A stretch of DNA of 64,000 nt, from NCBI GenBank assembly GCA_963789635.1, contig CAWBLF010000003.1, positions 67,388 to 131,387 on the forward strand, read 5' to 3'. The notes under the pieces are model-generated. The model did not search any database. It saw nothing but the letters and a program-made list of their open reading frames with translations, and had not been told where the DNA came from. The translations under genes and the position numbers were made by a program. Shown here piece after piece: positions 1-11,188 of the stretch; position 1 is the stretch's first letter; every line of letters begins with the position of its first letter. Source of the stretch: an uncultured bacterium. GTDB lineage: Bacteria; Patescibacteriota; Minisyncoccia; Phycocordibacterales; Zambryskibacteraceae.

Positions 1-1
1 T

Positions 2-175
2 CTTGCTGCTGGAGATGATGAAAAGAAGAAAGAGGGCCGAAATATCATGATTTGGGGAGTTGTCGCTTTGTTTGTCATGGTTTCAGTCTGGGGTCTAGTG
101 TCATTTATTGGTAACGCTCTTGGTATTGGTCAGGGCGCAACAATCAACTCTGTTCCTGGTGTAGGTGGAGTATAG
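2..175 (+). CDS. C-terminal part of small two-TM membrane protein (paralog of next ORF; pilin-like/TrbC-like family uncertain)
   Basis: In-frame ORF running off the window start; its C-terminal half (EGRNIMIWGVVALFVMVSVWGLVSFIGNALG) aligns with ORF 185-451 (EGKKAILWGLIGMFIMFSVFGIIHIILNTFG); hydrophobic helices. Confidence 0.4.
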   Translation, partial: LAAGDDEKKKEGRNIMIWGVVALFVMVSVWGLVSFIGNALGIGQGATINSVPGVGGV

Positions 176-184
176 TTCTATCAC

Positions 185-451
185 ATGTCGATTGATCCCT
201 TTCTCGGCAAAGTGGCGGAGGTTATTCTCAATCCTCTGATTGTGTTTGGTTTCTTTGTCGCGATGCTTTACTTTTTTTGGGGAATATTCAAGTTTGTCTT
301 GTCTTCCGGCAATCCGTCTGATCACGAAGAAGGTAAAAAAGCTATTTTATGGGGGCTCATCGGGATGTTTATTATGTTTTCAGTTTTTGGAATCATTCAC
401 ATTATTCTGAACACATTCGGCATTCCGATAACCGCTCAAGTTCAACAATAA
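185..451 (+). CDS. small two-TM membrane protein (tandem paralog family)
   Basis: 88-aa ORF with two hydrophobic helices; tandem paralog of the upstream partial ORF; followed by a strong terminator. Confidence 0.5.
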   Translation: MSIDPFLGKVAEVILNPLIVFGFFVAMLYFFWGIFKFVLSSGNPSDHEEGKKAILWGLIGMFIMFSVFGIIHIILNTFGIPITAQVQQ

Positions 452-452
452 A

Positions 453-484
453 AACACCCCGCACTGCGGGGTGTTTTTATTTTG
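453..484 (+). terminator. Rho-independent terminator
   Basis: Hairpin CACCCCGCA-ct-GCGGGGTG followed by TTTTTATTTT. Confidence 0.7.
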
Positions 485-589
485 AAGAAACTATATTGAA
501 TCTGGTATTAAGATATTTTTTGGCTTTATGTTTAAGAAAAGGCCGACTCGCGTATGCGAGTCGGCCTGGCTTTTCTCACGCGTGCACAG

Positions 590-1798
590 TTACGATATTC
601 CTCTGATTATCATCACTGTGCCCGCTTGTTTTGAGGAACAAAACCTCATCACGTCCACATGCTGGGGCAAAGTGGACTCCGTCCCCGTGACGGGTTTTAT
701 GACGTTTTCACTCTTTGCACAATCTTCACTACAAACTTCCTGTGTGCAAAGAGTGATATCCATCCCGTTTTGGGCGATGACTTTTGAGCCCTTTCCGTAC
801 ATGTAGACCGGTTGAGTCCACTTACCATCAGTCGTCGTGTTTACGACGACGGTGTCGATTTTGCCAGACATTATGGCGATTGCCTCCGCCTGGCGGGGAT
901 TGCTCTGTGGTGCAACTTCACCACCGCCCCTTCCCGATAACTCATGATCTCTCCAGCAAGGGGCTGAGCTGTTCCACGGAGTCGTACCCCTTTCATTGTA
1001 TAGCGCTTGCGCAACCTCCATGTTCCCGCGCAGGGTACTTATGTTTCGGCCCGACTGAGCGACGAAATCGCTGTTTGCGATTTCGTTTATCTGCATGACA
1101 CCGAGGTCGTGAGGGTTTACCTTCCCCCTCAAGACCTGAGTCCTTCCGAGATCCTCAAACTGTCTGAACCCCGACTCGCAGGCCGCGATTTCAACCAGTA
1201 TTGAGTCTTGCGGACTGACTGAGAAGAAAGCGATGACGCTGTCACGGTCCGGTCCGTGAAAATAATCCCTAGGGTTGCCACTGAAATGTCCCGGAACCGT
1301 ATTCCTGTATGGAACGACTGGTCTCGGAATCGGTTTGTGCTCGTATATTGCGTAGCCGATTCCGACTACCACAATCAAAACAAGCAAAACCATTGAGAAC
1401 CCCGAATTATCTTTCTTCGGGATTTTACGAGTGACAACAACTTCCTTCTTCTGTGGAGCTGGGTGCGCGGAACGGTCATCGTCTGAAACGGTTTTTTCTC
1501 TCCGTTTCGTCGCCGCCCAAATCAAAAAAAACATCAAAGCTATTCCGCCGGCCGTTGCAAAGATGATTCCCCATGGCAGCTTCAATCCAGAAACCCAATT
1601 GCCGGTTCTGATGATTGAGGTTGCCACAATGTAAATCATCCCCAGAGCAACGGTGAGAACAACCATTGCTCCGAAGGCCCTCTTCGGATGGGTGTTAATT
1701 TTTTTACCGAGCTTTTCGACTTCCGCCAACACGTATTGGAAACTCTTTTTGAAAAAAGTTTCCAAATTGATTTTCCAGCTATGCAGTAGCCCTTTCAT
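590..1798 (-). CDS. membrane protein with transglycosylase-like (Rpf/lysozyme-like) domain
   Basis: Three N-terminal TM segments; motif AACESGF...GVMQINE...W..PCW resembles the PF06737/SLT-type lysozyme-like fold. Confidence 0.5.
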   Translation of the reverse strand: MKGLLHSWKINLETFFKKSFQYVLAEVEKLGKKINTHPKRAFGAMVVLTVALGMIYIVATSIIRTGNWVSGLKLPWGIIFATAGGIALMFFLIWAATKRREKTVSDDDRSAHPAPQKKEVVVTRKIPKKDNSGFSMVLLVLIVVVGIGYAIYEHKPIPRPVVPYRNTVPGHFSGNPRDYFHGPDRDSVIAFFSVSPQDSILVEIAACESGFRQFEDLGRTQVLRGKVNPHDLGVMQINEIANSDFVAQSGRNISTLRGNMEVAQALYNERGTTPWNSSAPCWRDHELSGRGGGEVAPQSNPRQAEAIAIMSGKIDTVVVNTTTDGKWTQPVYMYGKGSKVIAQNGMDITLCTQEVCSEDCAKSENVIKPVTGTESTLPQHVDVMRFCSSKQAGTVMIIRGIS

Positions 1799-1948
1799 GC
1801 TACCCCCCGTATTTTGGACGATGGTTTTGTTCGAATCAAAGAACTTATATACTATTATAATTATAGCATGTTTAATACCGATTTGTCAAATAAAAAAGAA
1901 AGGCCAAACACATATGTGCTTGGCCTATCCGTAACTCGAACTAACTTT

Positions 1949-3160
1949 CTATTGCGATGGAACAGCGCTAGGTGCTGGTTTTTCTCTCAGAGCCCCTAGG
2001 TCAATGATTTGCCCATGATCTGCACCAAGGGTTAGCACCTGGATGTTGGTCTTTTCGATGGCTTCTGCCATACGAATTGCAGGTCCCCCGGGCGCCTTTG
2101 CTACCGGCAAAATCGCCCGTTTGACATAGTCGGCAGACACGTCATTTGCCAACAGACCGACAGCCCGGGCCGCTTCCCCCTCTATGACCTTGGTCTTTTT
2201 ATCCATTTCTGCCTGGAGAAGTTGAGCGGCAGTTTCGCCTCTCTTGGCGATAATTACCATTCTTCTTTCGGCTTGGGCTACCTGAACGCGAGCCTTCTGC
2301 TCGCGCTTGGTGCGCTCTGCAAGCTCAAATAGTGCGCGTTCTTTGGCGTTGACATCCAGGTGGTAAACCTCGGTGTCAAATATTGAGAGGCCGATTTGTT
2401 CCTCGGCTTCAGCAATGATACTGTCCACGGCCTTTGCTATCTTCTCTTTGACCTCTTGCTTGCCGGCAAGAATTTCTTCGGGTTTCATGGTTCCTGTGAT
2501 AGCCACTACTCTTGCATTAGCCATAATAGTAATTATGGCATTGGCATCGGCTACTCGCAGGACAGATCGGACAAAATAAGTCCGCTCCCATAGAAAATTG
2601 AGACCAATATCCACCGTGAAAGTTCCCTTGGCCTCCGCGCCTTTGATATCAACCGCAAGCGCTCCCGAAAAAAACGGAAATAGTGTGTCGTAGGTTCTGG
2701 ACTCTACCCCGTACACATCCTCGTCCTCACCTCTTTCATTTTTCCGAGTCGTTTTCGTATAGCGGAGTTCGTTGATAGTGCAGACTCGGATTTCTCTCCA
2801 CGGTCCAAGGAAAAAAGCTCCCCCAGTAATCCAGTGCCAGAAACCCCAATCTTCTTCACCCTCAATCATCTGCCAAGCCATCGGATCAGGGCTAATCTTT
2901 TTACGTTTCTTCCCTGGGATGCCGTGAATCAAATTAAATACTGGACCGCCACTTCTCACGACTGTGCCGGTGGCATTGTCGCGAACATTGGTGTTTTGTT
3001 TACCCACGACCAATGCTCCTGTATTTGCGGGGACAAACACCCACCACCTTTTGTCGGTGATGGAGTATTTCTCTGCTGAATGTCGGATCCAAAAAATTGC
3101 TCCAACAACCAGCCCTACCACAGTTAAAGTGGCGATGAGAATCGCAAAAATGTTGAGCAC
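1949..3160 (-). CDS. SPFH/band-7 (flotillin/stomatin-like) membrane protein
   Basis: N-terminal TM, SPFH-like core, long Ala/Glu-rich coiled-coil tail (AQAERRMVIIAKRGETAAQLLQAEMDKK). Confidence 0.7.
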   Translation of the reverse strand: MLNIFAILIATLTVVGLVVGAIFWIRHSAEKYSITDKRWWVFVPANTGALVVGKQNTNVRDNATGTVVRSGGPVFNLIHGIPGKKRKKISPDPMAWQMIEGEEDWGFWHWITGGAFFLGPWREIRVCTINELRYTKTTRKNERGEDEDVYGVESRTYDTLFPFFSGALAVDIKGAEAKGTFTVDIGLNFLWERTYFVRSVLRVADANAIITIMANARVVAITGTMKPEEILAGKQEVKEKIAKAVDSIIAEAEEQIGLSIFDTEVYHLDVNAKERALFELAERTKREQKARVQVAQAERRMVIIAKRGETAAQLLQAEMDKKTKVIEGEAARAVGLLANDVSADYVKRAILPVAKAPGGPAIRMAEAIEKTNIQVLTLGADHGQIIDLGALREKPAPSAVPSQ

Positions 3161-3298
3161 GGTAGTTCTCCTTACGATTTGAGTAAAAAAGTTAGTATGT
3201 TTAACGATCTAGTTCTGTTTGAATGCTATCACAAAATAACAAAAAAGTCAAATATGAAAATAGAGTAAATAACGCAAGTATGATAAAGTGTTTTCCAT

Positions 3299-3380
3299 GC
3301 TGGGGTGGCGGAATTGGTATACGCGCTAGTCTTAGGAACTAGTCCCGTAAGGGTTAGGAGTTCGAGTCTCCTCCCCAGCA
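3299..3380 (+). tRNA. tRNA-Leu (anticodon TAG)
   Basis: Acceptor GCTGGGG/CCCCAGC; anticodon stem CTAGT/ACTAG with loop CTTAGGA; long variable arm TCCCGTAAGGG; T-arm AGGAG-TTCGAGT-CTCCT. Confidence 0.8.
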
Positions 3381-3421
3381 CATATTTCTGTCTTTGTGGT
3401 CACAGATAATAAAATTGCCGT

Positions 3422-3470
3422 CGCAATTTTATTTCTGCGACCCCGGCTCACCATAGCCAATTGCTATTGG
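3422..3470. repeat. partial copy (M4) of conserved tRNA-flank motif, plus a 9-bp perfect palindrome
   Basis: TTCTGCGACCCCGGCTCACCAT resembles the GCGCGACCCCGCCTCGCACCAT core seen at 13.7, 22.0 and 25.0 kb; ATAGCCAAT-tgct-ATTGGCTAT palindrome. Confidence 0.35.
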
Positions 3471-3534
3471 CTATATGGTTGCGCCTCGCACAGAATCAGA
3501 AAATCCCGCGCAGGCGGGATGTTTCTGTATTCTG

Positions 3535-3607
3535 TGCGCCCACCTGGATTCGAACCAGGGACCATCTCCTTAAGAGGGAGTTGCTCTACCAACTGAGCTA
3601 TGGGCGC
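3535..3607 (-). tRNA. tRNA-Lys (anticodon CTT)
   Basis: Reverse complement gives GCGCCCA-TA-GCTC-AGTTGGTA-GAGC...ACTCC-CTCTTAA-GGAGA...CCTGG-TTCGAAT-CCAGG-TGGGCGC-A. Confidence 0.8.
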
Positions 3608-3631
3608 AAAAAATGAAACCAAAAATAAACA

Positions 3632-3715
3632 GGTGGGTCAGGAGGGAGTCGAACCCTCATCCGCATAGCGGATAACATTTTAAGTGTTACGTGTATACCA
3701 TTCCACCACTGACCC
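3632..3715 (-). tRNA. tRNA-Leu (anticodon TAA)
   Basis: Reverse complement gives GGGTCAG...TAACA-CTTAAAA-TGTTA, long variable arm CCGCTATGCGG, GAGGG-TTCGACT-CCCTC, CTGACCC-A-CC. Confidence 0.8.
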
Positions 3716-3717
3716 GT

Positions 3718-3791
3718 GGAGGCGTGGAGGGGAATCGAACCCCTGAATAAAGCTTTTGCAGAGCTTCGCCTTACCACTTGGCTACCACGCC
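3718..3791 (-). tRNA. tRNA-Cys (anticodon GCA)
   Basis: Reverse complement gives GGCGTGG-TA-GCC-AAGTGGTAA-GGC...AAGCT-CTGCAAA-AGCTT...AGGGG-TTCGATT-CCCCT-CCACGCC-T-CC. Confidence 0.8.
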
Positions 3792-3841
3792 CTATTTTTT
3801 CATCTAAAGTGCGGACGAGCGAACAGGGATTCAACTAAATA

Positions 3842-4174
3842 CTAGTCTGAATTTGATAGAAAATCAATTTTCTGGCGATTCTTTTCGCCAAGATCAAGAG
3901 CAAAAGAAATATCAGGCGCTCTGCCGATACGGGATTTTTCTCTGATAAACATTCTAAATTCTTTGCGTTTTCTTTTTAAAAAATCAGAAGCGGCTTCCTC
4001 CTGATTATCGGGTAGCACCGTAAAGAAAACGGTCCCGTATTTATTGTCCGGAGAAAGTTTACAGCCGGTCACTGTGATGAGGGAAGTGCGATTTGACTCT
4101 ATGCCGATGAATTCGGCTGCGAGATGAGCGATAAGCTCAGGCATTTTTTCGTTGTGGTAGCTTGTTTGTCTCAT
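3842..4174 (-). CDS. rbfA: ribosome-binding factor A
   Basis: 110 aa; RbfA-like sequence; immediately downstream of infB. Confidence 0.8.
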   Translation of the reverse strand: MRQTSYHNEKMPELIAHLAAEFIGIESNRTSLITVTGCKLSPDNKYGTVFFTVLPDNQEEAASDFLKRKRKEFRMFIREKSRIGRAPDISFALDLGEKNRQKIDFLSNSD

Positions 4175-4183
4175 GGAGATAAT

Positions 4184-5683
4184 TTATTTTTGCGTCAGCG
4201 CAAAACATTCTATCTTGTCCCCAGGAGCAATTTCCATCTTGGATTCTATCATCGCGCCAAACTCTTTTCCTTCTTCGACACGTCCAATTTTATTCTTCTG
4301 CATTTGCAGTTCACGTATTCGTCCACGCCCGATTTCAGAATCTCGTCTCATAATTTTTATTTGTTCTCCGGAAACGATTTCTCCAGATTCCACACGCCCG
4401 CCGATAACCTGCTTGTCTTTATTTTTTGAAAAAAATTTGAGAATTTTGGCCGTACCTTTGGTTTCCTCGGATTCCACTCTGGGTGTTTGCTCTTTTAGAG
4501 TTTCTTCAAGCCATTCGGTGAGTTTGTATATGATGTCAAAGGTGTGAACCGTGATGCCGGAACGTAAGGCCAGACTTTCCGCTTTGGGGTCGCTTTGTAC
4601 ATGAAAACCAATGACCAATGCGTTGCCCGAAGTTTGCGATGTCCGAATATCGTTTTCAGAAATAGGTCCTAGTCCAGACAATACAATTTTGGGAATTATT
4701 CTTTCATTTTCCAACTTTTCGATTTCGTAGACAAGAGCATCAAGACTTCCGGATGTGTCGGTCTTGAGAATGATTGGTACGGTATGTTTTTCACCCTCGC
4801 TTTCTGTCTTTGGAGTTTGTAATGATGGGGTGTCTTTAAATTTGGCTACAATTGCAAGAGCCTCTTTCTTGTTTTTGACACAAACAAAACGTTCTCCGAC
4901 CGAAGGTGGTGTGTCCCAGCCGATAATGCGTACAGGGCTCGAGAATACGGCATTTTCAATTGGTTTGCCTTGAAAGTCTTCCACGATTCTAAGCGGTGAA
5001 ATACTTTTACCGCATACAGCAAATTCGCCTCGTCTCAATGTTCCATCTTTGATTATGGCTGTTGCGGTGATGCCTTTTCTAGCATCCATGTTGCTTTCAA
5101 TAATAATCCCTTCAGCCGGTAAGGCCGTGTTACCGGTCAATTCAAGCATTTCCGCAGATAAAATGATGAGATCCAATAGTTCCGATACACCCTCTCCGGT
5201 TTTGGCGGAAATAGCGGCCCACGGAATATCACCACCAAATCCTTCCACATACATGTCGTTTTCAGCTAAATTTTGTTTTGTTCTTTCCACGTTTGCTTCC
5301 GGTCTATCAATTTTATTTATAGCAATTACAAACGGCACTTTGTCCTTACGAAGTACTTTTAGCGCTTCTAGAGTTTGTGGTTTGACTCCGTCTTCGGCTG
5401 AAACAACCAAGACACCAATATCGGCAACTTTTGCCCCACGGATACGAATTGCTCCAAAAGCTTCATGTCCTGGCGTGTCCAAAAAAGTAATCTTGTGTTC
5501 GCGGCCGTCTTTGCCTTCGTGAACCACTTCATAAGCCGAAAGATGCTGGGTGATACCTCCCGCTTCTCCATCAACTACATTGCTTTTTCGGATAGAATCC
5601 AAAAGGGTGGATTTGCCGTGGTCAATGTGGCCCATAATCGTGACGACTGGTGGGCGTTCTGTTTTTTCTCCTTTGGATTGCAT
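4184..5683 (-). CDS. infB: translation initiation factor IF-2 (short form)
   Basis: G-domain motifs [24 protein letters not shown]; IF-2 domain order; 499 aa without the long N-terminal region. Confidence 0.9.
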   Translation of the reverse strand: MQSKGEKTERPPVVTIMGHIDHGKSTLLDSIRKSNVVDGEAGGITQHLSAYEVVHEGKDGREHKITFLDTPGHEAFGAIRIRGAKVADIGVLVVSAEDGVKPQTLEALKVLRKDKVPFVIAINKIDRPEANVERTKQNLAENDMYVEGFGGDIPWAAISAKTGEGVSELLDLIILSAEMLELTGNTALPAEGIIIESNMDARKGITATAIIKDGTLRRGEFAVCGKSISPLRIVEDFQGKPIENAVFSSPVRIIGWDTPPSVGERFVCVKNKKEALAIVAKFKDTPSLQTPKTESEGEKHTVPIILKTDTSGSLDALVYEIEKLENERIIPKIVLSGLGPISENDIRTSQTSGNALVIGFHVQSDPKAESLALRSGITVHTFDIIYKLTEWLEETLKEQTPRVESEETKGTAKILKFFSKNKDKQVIGGRVESGEIVSGEQIKIMRRDSEIGRGRIRELQMQKNKIGRVEEGKEFGAMIESKMEIAPGDKIECFALTQK

Positions 5684-5688
5684 AATAA

Positions 5689-6213
5689 TTATGTCGACTT
5701 GTGAGCCAAAGATTCTTTAGCCTGATTTAATACGGTTTTTTCTTCGGTAGTCGTTTCAAATTCAGCTTGAAATTTTTTTACCGGTTTGGAGAAGACGCTT
5801 ACGTGGTCGCGTGAGTAAAGAGAGGAGATTACTACGCCGTCACCTTTTTCGTTCATAAACGCGGTAGAAAAACTTTGATTGCCTCCAGAGCCGGTACCCT
5901 TGAACGGATTGAATCGTATGGTCTCAACTGCCTGAAGACTTCGTCTGAGACGCGCTTCAATGTTTTTTAGATAATCAATAGAATCAATTTTGAATTTCTC
6001 ATGATCTTCAATTTCCCTGGTCATTGCGATAATGGAATCTTCCAAACTTTTGCCGTCTTTACCGGTCATAAACCTCTTTAGACGTATTTCCAGATAAATT
6101 ACCCAGATGAGAAGAACGACCACCACGGAAAAAAGTATATAGACGACTATTGGCAGGCTTATATTTTGGAGGAATGAAAATTGCATATAAGTGGAATAAG
6201 TGGCGTTTAGCAT
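5689..6213 (-). CDS. membrane-anchored hypothetical protein (DUF4446-like)
   Basis: One N-terminal TM then a soluble domain; first gene of the apparent operon with infB-rbfA. Confidence 0.4.
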   Translation of the reverse strand: MLNATYSTYMQFSFLQNISLPIVVYILFSVVVVLLIWVIYLEIRLKRFMTGKDGKSLEDSIIAMTREIEDHEKFKIDSIDYLKNIEARLRRSLQAVETIRFNPFKGTGSGGNQSFSTAFMNEKGDGVVISSLYSRDHVSVFSKPVKKFQAEFETTTEEKTVLNQAKESLAHKST

Positions 6214-6320
6214 AGCAAAAATTGACGTTTATGCAAAGTAGTCAAAGCGATCATGCTTTCGGTCGGTAAAAAATTTCCAGAGCTTTATGTTTGAAGTTTA
6301 AAATGCTATAACAAGCGCTT

Positions 6321-7547
6321 ATGAAAGACGGCAAAAAATTATCAAAACTTTCGAACAAAAGTCCGAGAAAAGCGTCAAGACGAGTATATCTTGATTATGC
6401 TTCCACGACACCGATTGATAAGTCGGTTCTTAGAGAAATGAAACCATTTTTGGATGAACATTTTGAGAACCCATCTTCTTTATACAAAGAAGGCGTGGAA
6501 AATAACAAAATAATTATAAATGCGCGCGCAGGGGTTGCTCGTAGTCTTCATGCTCTTCCCGATGAAATAGTTTTTACCGGAAGTGGAACAGAGGCGGACA
6601 ACCTTGCTATTTTGGGAGTGGTAAAAGCTTCATTCAAGCTTATCAAAAAGCCACATATTGTTATTTCTGCCATTGAACACCCGGCAATTATTGAGTTGCA
6701 AAATGAAATAAAGCGAATGGGGGCTATGATTAGTGTCGTATACCCGAAAACAAATGGAATTATTGAACCGAAAGAGATTCAAAAAAATTTGAGGCAAAAT
6801 ACTGTGCTGGTATCCGTCATGTATGCCAATAACGAAATCGGGACCATTCAACCAATAAAAGAAGTTTCAAAAGTAATTCGTTTTTACAGAAAGCAAAAGG
6901 CAAAAGATTCACAATTACCTTATTTTCACACTGATGCCAGTCAGGCGGCTAATTATTGTTCGCTCAACGTATCGGAACTCGGAGTGGACCTTTTGACTAT
7001 AGATGGTTCCAAAATATATGGTCCAAAAGGTATAGGGGTGTTGTATATAAGGCGAAATACCGCTATAGAGCCCATTATATTTGGTGGTGGGCAGGAGAGG
7101 GGAATGCGTTCTGGCACAGAAAATTTGGCGCTCATTGTCGGTTTTGCAAAAGCTCTTGATCTTGTAAATAAATCTCGTGTCAAAGAATCGGCGCGCCTGA
7201 CTATACTAAGAGATTGGGCTATTAAAGAAATTCTTAAGAAATTTCCAGAAGCAACTTTGAATGGCGATTTGAAATTGCGTTTGCCAAATAATATAAATAT
7301 TTGCTTTCCTCAGTTAGACAGCGAGTACGCGGTAATTAAGGCAGATGCGTTTGGTGTATTGATATCGGCTGCTAGTTCATGCCGCACTTTATCGGAGAAT
7401 ACCACTTCTTATGTTTTGGAAAATATTGGTTCTATCGAATGCGCCGGGTCCAGTCTTAGGTTTACCTTAGGTCGAGACACAACGATGACGGAAATAAAAA
7501 TTTTACTGAAATTACTTCCTAAAATTGTACTTAATTATAATTTTTAA
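6321..7547 (+). CDS. cysteine desulfurase (class V aminotransferase, IscS/NifS-like)
   Basis: PLP-lysine region TIDGSKIYGPKGIGVLYIRR; active-site Cys loop SAASSC; about 400 aa. Confidence 0.85.
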   Translation: MKDGKKLSKLSNKSPRKASRRVYLDYASTTPIDKSVLREMKPFLDEHFENPSSLYKEGVENNKIIINARAGVARSLHALPDEIVFTGSGTEADNLAILGVVKASFKLIKKPHIVISAIEHPAIIELQNEIKRMGAMISVVYPKTNGIIEPKEIQKNLRQNTVLVSVMYANNEIGTIQPIKEVSKVIRFYRKQKAKDSQLPYFHTDASQAANYCSLNVSELGVDLLTIDGSKIYGPKGIGVLYIRRNTAIEPIIFGGGQERGMRSGTENLALIVGFAKALDLVNKSRVKESARLTILRDWAIKEILKKFPEATLNGDLKLRLPNNINICFPQLDSEYAVIKADAFGVLISAASSCRTLSENTTSYVLENIGSIECAGSSLRFTLGRDTTMTEIKILLKLLPKIVLNYNF

Positions 7548-7569
7548 TTTATTTTTTGATTCTTGATTA

Positions 7570-8409
7570 TTGCCATTTTTTTGTTATTATTTACTTATGT
7601 TAGATCAACTCAATAAACACCAGATAATACTGTTGACACTACTCATTAGCTTCGTGACATCCATTGCCACAGGCATTATTACTTTTTCTTTGCTACAGCA
7701 GGCTCCTCCTCTCGTCACACAAACTATCAATCGCGTAGTGGAACAAACTATCCAACAGGTCACTACACCATCGGATTCAGGTGCAAAGACCGTGAAGGAG
7801 ACAACCGTGGTGGTCAAAGAAGATGACCAAGTGGTTAATGCAATCTCCCAAAATACTCCGAGCGTTGTCCGAGTTTCAGACAACACCACAACCCCGGACC
7901 CGTTCTATTCTCTCGGTGTTGTTCTTACAAAAGACGGACTAATCATTGTTCCTGCTCGTAGCACCTTTAATGCGGGATACACATATTATGCGAAGTTTTC
8001 CGACGGGACCAACCAAACCCTGAAATACCTTGGTCAAGACATCACAAACAAAGTACTTTATTTCAAAGTCGTGCCAAGCACTGGAAACACTTTCTCCGGT
8101 ACCCCTGTTACAGTGGAAAGCGGTCTAGTCAAACTTGGTCAAACAGTCATTTTGATTGAGGGCGAAGCAAACGACATTGTGTCAGTGGGACATATATCAG
8201 CGTACAATTACACAGACCCGACAAACCACAATACCCAAAACGGGGTGGAGACAGATCTCACACCCAAAACTGCAGTATTGGGGAGCCCGCTTTTCAATCT
8301 AACGGGAGAATTTGTGGGATTCCGTATTTCTGATACGACATCTACAGGTGACCCAATTTTCCTTTCTCCCGAAATTATCGCCAGTTCGACCGCGCAGTAT
8401 TCAAAATAG
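7570..8409 (+). CDS. membrane-anchored secreted hypothetical protein (possible degenerate trypsin-like fold)
   Basis: N-terminal TM; Thr/Ser-rich; weak resemblance to S1/HtrA-like beta-barrel segments (LGSPLFNLTGEFVGF) with no clear catalytic triad. Confidence 0.3.
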   Translation: MPFFCYYLLMLDQLNKHQIILLTLLISFVTSIATGIITFSLLQQAPPLVTQTINRVVEQTIQQVTTPSDSGAKTVKETTVVVKEDDQVVNAISQNTPSVVRVSDNTTTPDPFYSLGVVLTKDGLIIVPARSTFNAGYTYYAKFSDGTNQTLKYLGQDITNKVLYFKVVPSTGNTFSGTPVTVESGLVKLGQTVILIEGEANDIVSVGHISAYNYTDPTNHNTQNGVETDLTPKTAVLGSPLFNLTGEFVGFRISDTTSTGDPIFLSPEIIASSTAQYSK

Positions 8410-8428
8410 GGCCTGAATAGGGCCTGAA
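8407..8428 (+). promoter_or_regulatory. tandem direct repeat TAGGGCCTGAA x2 upstream of clpB (candidate operator)
   Basis: Two perfect 11-nt tandem copies about 60 nt upstream of the clpB start; a TATAAT hexamer lies at 8460-8465. Confidence 0.3.
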
Positions 8429-8485
8429 AGCACAATGCACCAATTGTTTGCCACGAACGTATAATCGTTATATATTACACACCCA

Positions 8486-11188
8486 ATGCCACCACCATTT
8501 AGCCAATTTACCACCAAAGCCAAGGAAGTCATCCGCAAAGCGCATGAACTGGCCATAGAACGCGGGCAAAATCACGTAAGCCCTATGCACCTTTTGGCTG
8601 CCCTCATTCTCCAAGACGAAAGCATGGTTTCTTCTATTTTGGACCGTCTTGATATAGACACGATTTTGCTCACTGATTCTCTCTTGGAGTCTATTGAGTC
8701 GCCGGATGCCGGTGGCACAATGTCACCTTCGTACCAAATTTATCTTACGCCGGAACTGGCGCAGATTATCGACAGCAGTATGAAAGTGGCTCAGAACTTG
8801 GGAGATGAATTTGTTTCAACTGAGCATCTTTTTCTTTCGGTCATTGATACACCAGGAGTCGCTCACGATTTGCTCGCCCGATTTAAGATTGATCGCGCAA
8901 CAGTGGTGCGTTTGATTGAAGAACTCAAGACGACAAAATCTCATGATGTCAAAGAACCAAAAAAGTTTAAATCAATTCTCAAATATACACGGTCACTCAC
9001 CAAACTGGCGTCGCAGAACAAACTTGACCCAGTCATCGGTCGAGAGAATGAAATTTCACGCATAATTCAAATCCTTTCCCGTCGCACCAAAAACAACCCT
9101 ATACTTATAGGTGAAGCCGGTGTGGGCAAAACGGCAATTGTGGAAGGTCTTGCAATCAAGATCGCAAACGGAAGCGTGCCGGAAAGCCTGCGTGACAAAG
9201 AGCTTGTTTCATTGGATTTGGGAATGCTCATTGCCGGGACAAAATATCGCGGAGAGTTTGAAGAGCGATTGAAAAATATTTTGAAGGAAATTGAGCGCTC
9301 GGAGGGCAAAATTATTCTTTTCATTGATGAAATCCATACGATCGTGGGCGCGGGAGCCGCAGACGGAGCTATGGACGCGTCAAATATGCTTAAGCCGGCA
9401 CTTTCACGAGGAGAATTGCGAGCGATAGGGGCAACTACTTTGAAAGAATATCAAAAACACATTGAAAAGGACCCGGCTCTTACTCGTCGTTTTCAGCCTG
9501 TATATGTCAACGAACCATCGCAAGATGATGCCGTCACTATTCTTCGTGGTTTAAAAGAAAAATATGAGCTCTACCACGGAGTACGTATAACAGATGATGC
9601 CATTGTGGCGGCAGTAAACTTCTCTTCACGATATATCACGGATCGTTTTTTGCCTGACAAAGCGGTGGACTTGATAGACGAAGCGGCTTCTCATTTGAAA
9701 ATTTCTCTGGAAAATATGCCACCCATACTTGAGGAAACTCATGCCAAGATTATGAAACTTGAAATTGAAAAAGAAGCGTTGAAAAAAGAAGCCAACGGGG
9801 GTAAAAATTCCAAAGTTAAGGCGCGAGTCAAAGAAATCACGGAAGCGATAGCGGATTTGAAGGAAAAAACTTCCGAGATTGAATTAAAGTGGAAAAACGA
9901 AAAAGAAACGGTAAACGGCATCAAGTCGGCCAAAAAGGATTTGGAAAAATTGCGTTTGGAAGCCGAATCTGCCGAAGCTCGGGCCGATCTTTCTCTGGCT
10001 GCTGAAATTCGTTATGGCAAGATTCCTACAATAGAACGAGAGCTTGACCAAAAGAGTAAGAGGCTAAAGCGTTTGCAAAGTTCTCGCAGAATTCTCAAAG
10101 AAGAGATCACTGAGTCGGACATCGCCGATGTGGTGGCGCGCTGGACAGGTATTCCCGTATCAAGGATGCTTGAAGAAGAAGCAGAAAAACTTTCGCGTAT
10201 GGAAGAATTTCTCAAGAAAAGAATTGTCGGTCAAGACGAAGCGGTTCAGAAAATTTCAGATACAGTCAAGCGATCCCGAGCCGGCATATCGGACCCGAAT
10301 CGACCCATCGGTTCATTTATCTTTCTCGGTCCGACCGGAGTGGGCAAGACTGAGCTGACCAAAGCTCTTGCTGAATTTATGTTTGATGATGAAAAAGCGC
10401 TCATTCGCGTCGATATGTCCGAATTTATGGAACGTCATGCCGTGTCAAAACTTATCGGCGCGCCACCTGGATATGTAGGACACGATGAAGCGGGGACGTT
10501 TACGGAGCTCGTCCGTCATCGACCCTACTCGGTCATACTTTTTGATGAAATAGAAAAGGCGCATCCCGATGTCTTTAATATTCTATTGCAAGTTCTGGAC
10601 AACGGTCGTCTGACCGACTCAAAGGGCAGGGTGGTGAACTTCAAAAATACGGTGGTTATTTTGACATCAAATATTGGAGCCCAATACATAGATAAAATGG
10701 AAAAAATCGGTTTTGCTGAAAAGAGTGAAGCAAAACAAAACTACGAAGAGGCAAAACAAAAAGTGATGGAAGCGCTAAAAGACAGTTTCCGTCCGGAATT
10801 TCTTAACCGTTTGGATGATATTATTCTCTTTAATATTCTTTCACCGGAAGCTGTGGAGGATATAGTGAGAATCCAAGTTGAGCTGGTAATGAAGCGACTG
10901 GCAGAAAAGGAAATTACCCTAGAAGTTTCAAAAACCGCATACGAATTTTTGGCCAAGGAAGGATATAATCCCCAATACGGAGCCAGACCACTCAAGCGCC
11001 TTATCCAAAACAAAATTCTTACACCTGTCGCCGGTATGATGATTTCCAAAGGAGTATTGAAAGGAGGAACCGTTACCGTCGATGTGAAAAACGGAGAGTT
11101 TGTTTTTGATGTTAAGAAAGGAAAAAAGGGAAGTCTTTGGGTGGAAAATCTGACTGAAAGGAAAGAAAAAACCGGAAAATCCAAATAA
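8486..11188 (+). CDS. clpB: chaperone ClpB (AAA+ disaggregase)
   Basis: Clp N-domain, NBD1 [15 protein letters not shown], long coiled-coil M-domain, NBD2 [15 protein letters not shown], ClpB C-terminal domain; 900 aa. Confidence 0.9.
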   Translation: MPPPFSQFTTKAKEVIRKAHELAIERGQNHVSPMHLLAALILQDESMVSSILDRLDIDTILLTDSLLESIESPDAGGTMSPSYQIYLTPELAQIIDSSMKVAQNLGDEFVSTEHLFLSVIDTPGVAHDLLARFKIDRATVVRLIEELKTTKSHDVKEPKKFKSILKYTRSLTKLASQNKLDPVIGRENEISRIIQILSRRTKNNPILIGEAGVGKTAIVEGLAIKIANGSVPESLRDKELVSLDLGMLIAGTKYRGEFEERLKNILKEIERSEGKIILFIDEIHTIVGAGAADGAMDASNMLKPALSRGELRAIGATTLKEYQKHIEKDPALTRRFQPVYVNEPSQDDAVTILRGLKEKYELYHGVRITDDAIVAAVNFSSRYITDRFLPDKAVDLIDEAASHLKISLENMPPILEETHAKIMKLEIEKEALKKEANGGKNSKVKARVKEITEAIADLKEKTSEIELKWKNEKETVNGIKSAKKDLEKLRLEAESAEARADLSLAAEIRYGKIPTIERELDQKSKRLKRLQSSRRILKEEITESDIADVVARWTGIPVSRMLEEEAEKLSRMEEFLKKRIVGQDEAVQKISDTVKRSRAGISDPNRPIGSFIFLGPTGVGKTELTKALAEFMFDDEKALIRVDMSEFMERHAVSKLIGAPPGYVGHDEAGTFTELVRHRPYSVILFDEIEKAHPDVFNILLQVLDNGRLTDSKGRVVNFKNTVVILTSNIGAQYIDKMEKIGFAEKSEAKQNYEEAKQKVMEALKDSFRPEFLNRLDDIILFNILSPEAVEDIVRIQVELVMKRLAEKEITLEVSKTAYEFLAKEGYNPQYGARPLKRLIQNKILTPVAGMMISKGVLKGGTVTVDVKNGEFVFDVKKGKKGSLWVENLTERKEKTGKSK

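Noticed and set aside
3598-3834. 78-aa ORF on minus strand
   Set aside because: It overlaps three tRNA genes (Lys, Leu-TAA, Cys) and is a spurious reading frame.
8430-8465. Canonical sigma-70 promoter for clpB
   Set aside because: A TATAAT hexamer is present at 8460-8465, but no -35 element sits at an acceptable spacing, so only the tandem repeat was reported.
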